Virus record (IMG/VR): IMGVR_UViG_3300027749_000046
Length of the DNA: 64,000 nucleotides
Source of the DNA: a virus
Reading direction: 5' to 3' (one strand)
In this document: one piece after another, positions 55,300-64,000 of the stretch
Layout of the letters: every line of letters starts with the position of its first letter
Numbering within the stretch: the first letter of the stretch is position 1
Notes under the pieces: model-generated
What the model was told of the DNA's origin: nothing
What the model saw: the letters and a program-made list of their open reading frames with translations, nothing else
The model's database searches: none
Made by a program: the position numbers and the translations under genes

Positions 55300-55736
55300 T
55301 ATCTATACACCTTCTCTGGATAGCGATCTCGCTTTACGCCCCTGTTGACAGTCATCTCTGAGTACGGTATCGGTTCTTCTAGCTCTACGACACTGGAGCC
55401 CGGAGTGCGCCTAGACATATCCACGGCTGGATCGAGGTGCGTGCATAGTATCCTGCGGCTGTGGATACCCGTCTTCCAGACTACCGCGTACCTGAGCTCA
55501 CCAGACATACCCACTCCCTGTCACCTATCTTATAGCGCGCGTGTGTCGTCTTCTCCATGTCACGGCACCTACCCTGATCCATGGACTCTATCGGTCTGAA
55601 CTCGATGCGCGCACCAATATAAACACCGTCTACACCGTCTTCTCGTCTAGCGAACTGACACATCTCATGTCGAACCCATGAAGTACTATCCCACTGCAGC
55701 GCGAGATAGTAGCACTCGACTGGCATCCACTATTTA

Positions 55737-56030
55737 TTACTCGGTGACGACTCGCTTCCACTGCTTGTCCTTGCCCTTGAGCCAGAGCTCACCGTCCTCA
55801 CCGACCGCCATCGCCACTTGATTTGTAGGGTCGCTCTGGGGGAAGGCAATTGTCGCGGGCCCGTTGCTGAGGTACATGAGCTCGTTCTTGTTCTTTGATG
55901 CCGCCCCCATCAACGTCATATTGACCGCGTGGGAGGGTGGTGCCTGAGACGCCGTCACTGCCCTAGCACCCTCTGCAACTAATGCAAGAGGGGCCAATGG
56001 CAGGAAGGCAAAGAAGCTGCGTCTGTTCAT
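55737..56030 (-). CDS. Protein with a twin-arginine (Tat) signal peptide
   Basis: MNRRSFF, hydrophobic stretch, ARA cleavage site. Confidence 0.65.
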   Translation of the reverse strand: MNRRSFFAFLPLAPLALVAEGARAVTASQAPPSHAVNMTLMGAASKNKNELMYLSNGPATIAFPQSDPTNQVAMAVGEDGELWLKGKDKQWKRVVTE

Positions 56031-59000
56031 CAGTAGTCCTCGTCGCCGTCGATGAGGCCGAGATGACGACCGTCTGTCACGTAGCCCATGGCATTCAGGA
56101 GCTCCTGGAACTTACGCAGCATCACACTCATGTGGGCGTCTGTCGCGTCGAACTCAATTATGACGGTACTATCGGGAAATTTTTCATCTGTGGATCCCAC
56201 CGTGCTCGACGATAGGGATACTGTTACCTTGTAGTTGTCTTCCATGTTATACTCTCCTCTGTAAGTTACCAGCTTCCGCTTGTTCATATCGTACCACACT
56301 CTCTATTATCTGTCAACAGCGCGGATCCGGCCGATTTAAAGCAGCGTACGCGGCCGCGCGGTCGGTCTCGTCGCCATCGTCAAGAAGATCAACGATAATA
56401 CGCCGCAGTCGAGATATCTCGGCTTCCTTGTCGGCGATCGTCTGCTTCATCTCCATGATGCCGCCGGGACCCTCTACCAGAAGCCGCGCGCGCTCGTCAG
56501 TTTCCACAGCCGTAGTCCCCGCAGTTCCGCGCGCAGTCCTTCATCCCGATAGGGCAGCTCCATCCGTAGCCGCCGTTCTTGTCCGCAACGCGCCACGCCA
56601 CGATCTTGTCCTCGTCGGGGAGGTTGTCGCACCAGAACATCTCGTTCGAGGGGAACAGGGGCACGACCTCACCCTTTGCGAGCATGACGTCCACCATGAC
56701 GCCGCGGGGCACCTCAGACACCCTGCTGTTCAGCCACGGCGTCCACAAGCGCGGCTTCTTAGGCGCCTTAGCGACTACGCCCTCGAGCCACTTGTACTTG
56801 ACCTCGAGATCGCTCAGACGCTTCTCAGTATCGCTCATCATGTTTGAATCCCTTCTCATGTAGTACTTACCCGTCGGGCCACTCTTATATATACTGCCCC
56901 TCTCGACCTCCCGATCAAGGATGTAGTCGACTAGGCTAAAGCTGATCGGGGCCAGCTGGTTGTATACGGTGTCTAGCTTAAAGTGTTCATTGGCAGGCCG
57001 ACTGGCGACCCAGTCTAGTATTCTGTGTACGTCGTACGTGCTGTGCATCATCACTCTACTCCAAAGTATGCCTTCATATCATTCGCCAAAACATCTTGTA
57101 ATGCTTGGATAGCGATATCAGTCTGTCCTGCTGCTTGGATAGTAGGTTGAGTGACACATCTAGCACATTCCCGCACAATCAACTCGGCGAACTTCTCAAC
57201 ATCTTCTTGTTCGGCATGGCCATTAATGAAGTAGTGTCTAGGCGTCTCGTGGTCTACGTAGTTCAACAACCCCGCATCTAGCGCGAGTCTTATAAAGATA
57301 TCGTTCATCACTTGATCCTATATAGATTTTCTTTGAGGCGCTCGTGGAACGTGTCCTCACCGTCGTCACCAGACACCAGCCAGTCGATACGCTGGGCATA
57401 CACATACGCGATCTTCAGCGCGCGTATGGCCTCACCGAACTCCACCATGGTCTCAGGGCTATACCTTACATCTCCCTCAAAGAGACGCTCGATGTCCTCG
57501 ATTATGTATAGGATCCTGTTCTGGTCGTAGTTGAAGTGTCCGCCGCTCATCACTTATCTCCTAATACAGCTCTTGCACGCTCGATACAATAATCCCGAGC
57601 AAATACCTTACCACCTGATCCACCCCGATCGATCTGGGAAAGGATCTCACGGATTGCGGACTCGAGCTCCTTGATCCTGTCTCCATAGACCACGTCGTGC
57701 GTAGCTATGACGGCACGCAGCTCGTGTATGTCCTCTCTTGCACCCATCACGCCACCCTCCATGTGTACTCGTCCTGCGTCATGACGGTCTCCCTGCCGTC
57801 GTACTCGTCGATGCGGTATAGAGTCCCCTCTGGGAGCTCGCGTATCTGCAAATTAGAGAAAACAGTGTCTGCCTCCTCACCCAGCTCCTCGACTACCTGC
57901 ACCAAGATGGGGTCTGCACGATCTTCCTCCAGATCATACCGAGTAAAGGCGTCGTGCACATACCGAGTAAAGGCGTCGTGCACTGGCAGCCCCTTGAGCT
58001 CCCAGTAGCGAGCGACTGCCTTGTCTGACAGCCCAAAGCCGCCGTAGCTGCCGTTGTATACGATCTTAGTCATTAGCTATCCCTCACTAGTACATACATG
58101 AAAAACATAAACGCAGCGCCACCCAGCACTGAACATATGGCCTGAATGGCGACGAGTAGGTTGGGTCCGATCTCTAGCATCACTTCACCCCTACGTTGAG
58201 GGCCGACCACGTTATGACCACCCCTAGGATCAACCCTATGACGGCGTTGACGTAGTTGCCCGCGACGAACCCGAGCGCAGCGCCAACGAAGTTAAGGAGG
58301 GCGATGCTCAATCCTATCTTGACCTCGTTCTTAAAGAACCACTCTTCTACCATCACTCCAGCTCCATGCTAGTGTCGTACCACTCCATGCCCCAGTCGCG
58401 ACCCTCTTCTAGGGGGCCCGTCTGGATGCGCACCTCACCGAACACCAGCAGCCCGTCCTCCGAGTAGACCTCGAAGGGCTCTGGAAATACGTAGCTCCGG
58501 CCCATGCTGTCCGAAGTCGACGGCCCGTCGTACTGGATGACGCCGATGGTGCCGCTGTCGACCATGAAGCCGCGGCCGTCCTGATCGGGGTACTCACCGT
58601 CGCCCCACTTGGTGAACATGCACGCGAAGTGGCGGCCGTCCTCAGTGACGCCGTGGTCGCGGCCGCAGATCTCTTCCCAGATCTCGCCCTGATAGCAGAG
58701 ATCGCCGATGAGGTACCGTCCGGCGGGTAGGGTTACTCTATTAGTCATATCACTCTCCGTCTTTCAGCGCGGCGCGCGCTTCTCTACCCAGTGGTTCTTT
58801 AGTCGTGCCAGAATCTTGTGATCCAAGGCTGATACGATGCAGCGCTTCCTGCAGCCGTAACGTATCTTTGGCGTTGTCTATGGCGAGGCATGCCATGCGA
58901 TCTACGTCACGGCGCAGTCGCTCAATCTCTGTTTTTGCATCTAACAAATCTTCGTCAATATCAGCATCGCCAATATAGACGCCGATCAATTCCTGTAGAC

Positions 59001-59340
59001 GTTCAACGATATCCATCACTCACTCTCCAGGAGGCAGGCACGCGGCCTGTACATCGGGGCTGCTCTTTATCATCGAGTTCACCTGCGCCAGAGCGCGCTC
59101 GCACTGCGCCTGGGTGCCGTAGTCGTGCTTGACGATCGGGCCGTGGACGCCGAAGACGACCATCAGCGTGTACGCTATCTTCATCATCGCATCCACTCCC
59201 TGTGGTACCTGATCAGCGTGGCCAGAAGCGCCTCGTCCAGAGGCCCGCCGCTCTTCAACCCCTCGACGTAAGGCCAGAGGTCGATGTTCTTAGCCTCGCA
59301 GTAGTCCATCACGAGGCATGCCAGAGTGTCGTGCATCAGG
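56030..59340 (-). other. Array of small, tightly coupled hypothetical genes (e.g. 56497-57054, 57051-57311, 57308-57553, 57747-58073, 58353-58748, 58750-59019)
   Basis: Consecutive short ORFs with GTGATG/ATGA overlaps and GGAG RBS. Confidence 0.65.
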
Positions 59341-59803
59341 CAGCCCTCAGCGCCTGAGCGACGGCCTTCATCGTCTCGAGGTTGCGAGCCTTGATGGCCT
59401 GAGTCATGGCGAACGACTTACCGACCTTCTTTACGATGGTCGACATCTTGACCGTCTTGATCTTCTCGGCCTTGGCGGGTACCGCCGCAATCACCCCGAG
59501 GACGACGTCCATGAACTGACCGAGGACGGCGTCCTGGCACTGAGCCGAGGGGTCGATGGCCACGATCGACCAGCCCTTGACGCGCTTGACCACCGTCCAG
59601 CCGGCCGCCTCGACCGCGGCCGTGATGACCTCGAGGTGCTTAGTGCCGACGCCGACCGTGAACGTGAAGTTGTTCAGGTTCAGGGCCACCGTGCCCGCGT
59701 TGGGGGTCTTGGCGAAGTACACCGACTTGGAGTACTGGGACGGGGTGAAGCCGTTCTGGGCGACGCGGGACGCGAAGTCCTCGTAGTTGACTGTGACGTT
59801 CAT
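59336..59803 (-). CDS. Early hypothetical protein
   Basis: Start after the AGGAG RBS of the repeated promoter module. Confidence 0.7.
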   Translation of the reverse strand: MNVTVNYEDFASRVAQNGFTPSQYSKSVYFAKTPNAGTVALNLNNFTFTVGVGTKHLEVITAAVEAAGWTVVKRVKGWSIVAIDPSAQCQDAVLGQFMDVVLGVIAAVPAKAEKIKTVKMSTIVKKVGKSFAMTQAIKARNLETMKAVAQALRAA

Positions 59804-59892
59804 GTGATTTTCTCCTGTTTTCATCATATAACTAGTATAACACGCCCTGGATTAAATGTCAAGGCATACCTCCCATGCCGGACTGGCATGCC

Positions 59893-60129
59893 TCAGGCAC
59901 CGATCACCGTGAGGTAGAGGAAGGCTCCGGGCTGGCTGTACTTGAGGGACTTCACCATGCCGAAGTTAGTAACGGCGACCAGCTGGAGGGAGTTCCCGTT
60001 GCCGAGCCCCTCGACGTCGACGAAGTCGGGCTGGAAGTCGGCGTTCCAATTGAGGTCGGAGGCCAGCGCGGTGAAGTGGGCGTACCCTACGCACTCGATG
60101 GATTCCATGAGGATGGACGTCTTAATCAT
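59893..60129 (-). CDS. Early hypothetical protein
   Basis: Downstream of a promoter module. Confidence 0.6.
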   Translation of the reverse strand: MIKTSILMESIECVGYAHFTALASDLNWNADFQPDFVDVEGLGNGNSLQLVAVTNFGMVKSLKYSQPGAFLYLTVIGA

Positions 60130-60291
60130 GTGGTGTTCCTTTGTTTTGATCATATAGCTATTATACACAAACCAGCATATTTGTCAACCCCGGAGCCATG
60201 CTTTTTTGGCACGCCTGCCATGCCGCTGGCCTATTGACATTTAATCCACTTATGATATAATCTTAATATGATCGAAACAAAGGAAATCCCC

Positions 60292-60504
60292 ATGAATACC
60301 ATCTCTCTCACGGTCGATATCGACTTCCCCCTCTCCGCTGAAGTTCTAGCAGCCATCGCAGGCTCATCCGCCGATCGCGCTCTCATCGAGGAGCTCATCG
60401 CCGGCACCCTCCAGTCGTACATCCAGGAGCAGCTCGGCTGTGATATCCCGGTCGATGAGATCGTCGAGGAGGCTATCGCCAACGCCGAGGATATGACAGG
60501 TTGA
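60292..60504 (+). CDS. Early acidic hypothetical protein
   Basis: ATG after the AAGGAA RBS. Confidence 0.65.
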   Translation: MNTISLTVDIDFPLSAEVLAAIAGSSADRALIEELIAGTLQSYIQEQLGCDIPVDEIVEEAIANAEDMTG

Positions 60505-60559
60505 CATTTAATCCAACCTGTGGTACTATCTTAATATGATCGAAACAAAGGAAACCCCC

Positions 60560-60769
60560 ATGACTCAGACCGCAATGTCCGCAATGGACAAGATCTACGC
60601 CGACCCCACCCTCCTCGTCTCCTACCGCATCGGCGTCATGAAGGCGCGTCTGGCCATGCTCGACACGTTCACCCGTCCCACCGAGGCACAGATCACTGAG
60701 ATCAACGTGCTCGACGAGATGCTCACCACCTTCTACCTCCTCCGCGACCTCCTGACGAAGGGACAGTGA
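60560..60769 (+). CDS. Early hypothetical protein
   Basis: ATG after the AAGGAA RBS. Confidence 0.65.
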   Translation: MTQTAMSAMDKIYADPTLLVSYRIGVMKARLAMLDTFTRPTEAQITEINVLDEMLTTFYLLRDLLTKGQ

Positions 60770-60877
60770 CATGCATTCCATCCTCACCGTCTTCTACGCC
60801 TACGAGATCTTCATCCTCCCGCTCCTGGCCTTCTTCGCCGTGGTAGCGATCACCGAGTACTTTCAGGACGTCAACCA

Positions 60878-61102
60878 ATGAGAGACATACTAGCAGAGGA
60901 CATCCGGTGGTTCAACAACATGGTGGAGGCCGTCCAGCTCGACGTCGCCACCCCTCTCCCCGACTGGATCAACCAGCACGACTACGCCTCCGGAGCCTAC
61001 AGAGGCCAGCGTGAGGCCCAGAAGCAGCTGCTGAAGCTCCTCATGCAGGCTCAGGCCATCATGGGAGATCTGAAGAGATCGGCCACCGTCAGTGGGGACT
61101 GA
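60878..61102 (+). CDS. Hypothetical protein
   Basis: ORF with AGGA RBS. Confidence 0.6.
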   Translation: MRDILAEDIRWFNNMVEAVQLDVATPLPDWINQHDYASGAYRGQREAQKQLLKLLMQAQAIMGDLKRSATVSGD

Positions 61103-61406
61103 CTAGGCCGCGCCGAGGCCAGCGGGGGTTTAGTTCCTTTTCCCCTGCTGGCCTATTGACATTAATTCTCTTCTATGGTAGTATAATCTTAATCCAAAGA
61201 AGGAAGGGCGAGGATGGGAACGGGCACCATGCGCTCTTTTTGTAGTTGACATTAATTCTTTTTTATGATAGAATGGTTCTGATGCGCGCTTCTTTCTCTC
61301 GGGGAGGAGCCATGACTTCTCGGCATACCTGCCATGCCAAATAGCGGTTGACATTTAATCCAACTCATGATACTATCTTAATATGATCAAAACAAAGGAA
61401 ACCCCA

Positions 61407-61718
61407 ATGACCGACATCTCCTCCCTCATCGACAAGGCCAACGACCTTGCCATCGACCACGTCGAACAGATGGACTACGTGACCGCCGCTTGGGCCGGCC
61501 TCGATCCCCGCTGCGGCCACATCTGGATCGGTGAAGACTGCATAGCTACCAAGGGTTCTCACGGTAAGCGAGGCCTCGAGTACTACGGCGGCTTCGAGTA
61601 CGTCAGTAAAGACTGTGTATTCTCCCTCGGAGAGTTCACCTTCTACTCCATCGAGGACAGTCGAGTCGCTCGTCACATCGAGGAATTCTTGGAAGGCCAT
61701 GAAGAACTGGTCGCCTGA
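61407..61718 (+). CDS. Early hypothetical protein
   Basis: GLDPR and LEYYGGFEYV motifs. Confidence 0.7.
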   Translation: MTDISSLIDKANDLAIDHVEQMDYVTAAWAGLDPRCGHIWIGEDCIATKGSHGKRGLEYYGGFEYVSKDCVFSLGEFTFYSIEDSRVARHIEEFLEGHEELVA

Positions 61719-61836
61719 TAGGGTACTGGCCACGACCTAGGTTGCGATATTGGTCGTGATCTAGGTTGTCTTTTTGGTTGACATTTAATCCAATCCGTGT
61801 ATAATAGCTATATTGAATGAAACAAAGGAAATACCC

Positions 61837-62157
61837 ATGACTCAACGCACCTCCGCCTACCGGTTCACCACGACCGACGTCACCGACTCCCGTATCTCCG
61901 AGCTCAAGGTCAAGGCCAAGCTCATGGGCCTCGAGCAGAAAGCCACCGAGATCGTCAGTGAAGCTCAGACTGGTAAGCCGGTTCGCTGCAAGACACGGTA
62001 TCGCGTTCTGGTTCGAGCTCGCCTCGGTAAGAACTCAGAGTTCGCCTCGATGTATCGTCGCGGTGGTCACCTCTGGCGCTACTCGGCTCAAACTATTCGT
62101 CCGGAGCACGGCTCTCGGTTCGACGTCTACTTCGCGGAGGTTCGCACGTACAGCTGA
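61837..62157 (+). CDS. Early basic hypothetical protein
   Basis: R-RLGKN and RFDVY motifs. Confidence 0.7.
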   Translation: MTQRTSAYRFTTTDVTDSRISELKVKAKLMGLEQKATEIVSEAQTGKPVRCKTRYRVLVRARLGKNSEFASMYRRGGHLWRYSAQTIRPEHGSRFDVYFAEVRTYS

Positions 62158-62160
62158 GAG

Positions 62161-62209
62161 CTAGGTCGATCTCTAGGTCGATCTCTAGGTCGTTCTCTAG
62201 GTCGATCTC
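62161..62209. repeat. Four tandem 12-bp repeats CTAGGTCGATCT
   Basis: Directly visible, intergenic. Confidence 0.9.
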
Positions 62210-62363
62210 CAGATCATGCTTTCTCCCTAGTAGAAAGAACGCAGGTAGAGCTATAGGTCGGCGAGCTGGTGGCAACACCGGTGACGCCGACTTGTATTAC
62301 AAAACTGTATTACAGTTCTACTAAATAGGTTCAGTATTAGGTAGAGCCGAGCTGTGTGGAGCC

Positions 62364-62708
62364 ATGAGAAAAAAAGAGACTAGAACGCGGAAGAACCGTA
62401 AGTACGATGAGAGCACTGCGATCTATACTACGGAGCGTGGTATGGAGAGTAGGATTGTGTCGTTTAGACTGAACGAGATGGTGTACGAGACGCTGAGTGG
62501 AATAGCCTACTCAGAGAATAAGGATCCCTCTGCTTGTATACGTGAGGCTATTGGTCAGTATATTAGGGATAAGAGTAAGACTGGTCTTAATACTGGTCTT
62601 AATACTGGTCGAGATACTGGTCTTAGTACTGGTCTTAATACTGGTAGAGCCTCGCAAGAGGTCGGTGCTGACCTAGGTGCTTGGATAGGTAGGAGTAGAA
62701 AGCTATGA
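62364..62708 (+). CDS. Ribbon-helix-helix (CopG/Arc-like) DNA-binding protein with a 12-bp repeat-encoded tail
   Basis: IVSFRLNE-YETL-IA...SACIREAI-QY pattern; ACTGGTCTTAAT repeats at about 62580-62646. Confidence 0.65.
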   Translation: MRKKETRTRKNRKYDESTAIYTTERGMESRIVSFRLNEMVYETLSGIAYSENKDPSACIREAIGQYIRDKSKTGLNTGLNTGRDTGLSTGLNTGRASQEVGADLGAWIGRSRKL

Positions 62709-62975
62709 AGGTAGTAAAGAAGACAGTAGTTCGATCGAGGGATACCTTCACCGAGGGTCAGGGTCACGTGTATCTGGCCATGCTCATCCGTAAGTATGGA
62801 GTAAAGCCACTCACCTTACCTAGGGACATGGGTAGGCCTAGCCCGGTCGGCCAGTGGGTGTTCACGTTCTCGGAGGAGGTATGATCTTCTGGCATGGCAG
62901 GTATGTCGCTGGCCTATTGACATTTAATCCTCTTGTGATATAATCTTATTAATGATTGAAACAAGGAGCATACCA

Positions 62976-63182
62976 ATGAAGAACAGAGTCATCGAGGTCA
63001 CCATCCCTCTCGAGTTCAACGAGTCAGAGTCGAAGCTGTTCGACGAGCTGTCCGAGGTCGCCGGAGAGGAGCTGCTGCTCGATCTCATCGCGTGGCTCAT
63101 CCGAGAGGGTGGGGTTCAGGAGGGTGGCATGTCCGACGTCATCCGCGAGGCCTTCGAGATGTCCGCTGAGTACGACGCATGA
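62976..63182 (+). CDS. Early acidic hypothetical protein
   Basis: ATG after the AGGAG RBS. Confidence 0.65.
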   Translation: MKNRVIEVTIPLEFNESESKLFDELSEVAGEELLLDLIAWLIREGGVQEGGMSDVIREAFEMSAEYDA

Positions 63183-63379
63183 GCTACTTCGTCCTCACCT
63201 TCCACCGCGTCAAGAACGACGGTACTCCGGGCCCAATGGTCGGCTATCCGATGGTGTTCGACTCATGGGCTGGGGCTCACGAGTACGGGCGCCTGCAGGT
63301 CAAGCACAACTACACCGGTGTCGACTTCCGCATCCACGAGTCGGTGCTCTTCAGGTCGCCGACTCAGGTCGAGAGCTAG
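63179..63379 (+). CDS. Hypothetical protein
   Basis: ATGA-coupled ORF. Confidence 0.6.
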   Translation: MSYFVLTFHRVKNDGTPGPMVGYPMVFDSWAGAHEYGRLQVKHNYTGVDFRIHESVLFRSPTQVES

Positions 63380-63443
63380 GCCTATTGACATTTAATCCAA
63401 ACTGTGGTACTATCTTATTATGATGAAAACAAAGGAAAATCAG

Positions 63444-63719
63444 ATGACAGACTTCAAGACCGTCCTCGCGTTCGTTACCCTCGACGCCGACCACGACCAG
63501 ATCAACAACCTCCTCGAGGCGATCAAGTTCCGCCGCGAGAAGCTGGCCAAGGTCGCCAAGTACTCCCTCAAGCCAGGTCAGGACGTCAGGTTCACCAACC
63601 GCGGTGTCGACTACCTCGGTAAGATCATGAACATCCGAGTCAAGAAGGCCACGGTCCAGGTCACTTCTCCGGTCAACAACACCTACATGGTTCCACTCAG
63701 CATGCTGAAGGCGGCCTGA
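63444..63719 (+). CDS. Early protein with an SH3/KOW-like C-terminus
   Basis: LKPGQDVRF, G-I-I-VKKATV, Y-VP-SML motifs. Confidence 0.65.
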   Translation: MTDFKTVLAFVTLDADHDQINNLLEAIKFRREKLAKVAKYSLKPGQDVRFTNRGVDYLGKIMNIRVKKATVQVTSPVNNTYMVPLSMLKAA

Positions 63720-63720
63720 T

Positions 63721-64000
63721 ATGTCAACACGCTCCATGATCGCCCTCAAGAGGGAAGATAAGATCACCGCGATCTACTGCCACTTCGACGGGTACGTCGA
63801 GGGTGTAGGCATGACGCTCCTCCGCCACTGGAATACACTCGAGAAGGTCGAGTCCCTGATGGAGCTCGGCGACCTCTCGTCCCTAGGTCTCGAGATAGGT
63901 CAGAAGCAGGACTTCAACCTGCCGACCGACAAGACTTGGTGTCTGGCCTACGGTCGCGACCGAGGTGAGACCGACGTCGGCTCTCGAGACTTCCACTCCC
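63721..64000 (+). CDS. Conserved phage hypothetical protein, partial
   Basis: MSTRSMI, IYCHFDGY-GVG, GDLSSL, AYGRDRGE motifs. Confidence 0.75.
   Translation, partial: MSTRSMIALKREDKITAIYCHFDGYVEGVGMTLLRHWNTLEKVESLMELGDLSSLGLEIGQKQDFNLPTDKTWCLAYGRDRGETDVGSRDFHS

Larger units (their letters stand above)
59804..63443. repeat. About 10 dispersed copies of an early promoter/RBS module TTGACATTTAATCC-N-TA[TC][AT]AT-CTTAATATGATCGAAACAAAGGAAA
   Basis: TTGACA at 59862(-), 60187(-), 60234, 60501, 61156, 61246, 61348, 61778, 62917, 63385. Confidence 0.9.

Noticed and set aside
57935-57983. 24-bp direct duplication (VHDAFTRY twice)
   Set aside because: Simple in-frame local duplication with no sign of function
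62161-62646. 12-bp tandem repeats as a possible CRISPR array
   Set aside because: No spacers, repeats too short, no cas genes
60268-63443. Shared N-terminal peptide MIETKE/MIKTKE on many predicted early ORFs
   Set aside because: It comes from the repeated promoter module: the ATG sits at the likely transcription start and AAGGAA is the RBS for the downstream ATG. A leaderless extension cannot be fully excluded.
536-63767. Numerous antisense ORFs in the track (e.g. 2023-2673, 48967-49497, 59318-59917)
   Set aside because: They lie opposite well-supported genes and show no recognisable motifs or RBS

Overview
This window is a 64-kb segment of a large lytic T4-like myophage (Caudoviricetes). 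The host is very probably an alphaproteobacterium, judged from a permuted two-piece tmRNA, a DUF1127 gene and a ROSE-like hsp20 leader. From left to right it contains: (1) the baseplate/tail module (gp6 5' end, gp25, PAAR, a gp5 split into three genes, hub, gp53, gp48, gp4, gp2, gp54, gp26/gp51, a holin-like gene and two paralogous peptidoglycan-hydrolase proteins); (2) gp32, gp59, gp33 and an RNA-gene cluster (allo-tRNA-like UAU, tRNA-Arg, tmRNA); (3) auxiliary and nucleotide-metabolism genes (PhoH, RNase H, glycosyltransferase plus NDP-sugar dehydratase, SpeD-like, glutaredoxin, tRNA-Ile2, EndoII, nrdAB, thyX, primase); (4) a late-promoter block of virion/internal proteins, including enzymes that all carry a T4-type capsid-targeting N-terminus; (5) the replication core (gp41, UvsX, gp43) and lysis genes (GH19 endolysin, spanin pair); (6) a variable region of small early genes driven by about 10 near-identical sigma70 promoter/RBS modules. 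The strongest novelty candidates are the capsid-targeted nuclease/ligase/nucleotidyltransferase/HAD cassette, the allo-tRNA-like gene, a putative -1 frameshift fusing gp26 to gp51, and two unannotated structured RNAs. All calls come from reading the sequence and recognising motifs; no database searches were run.
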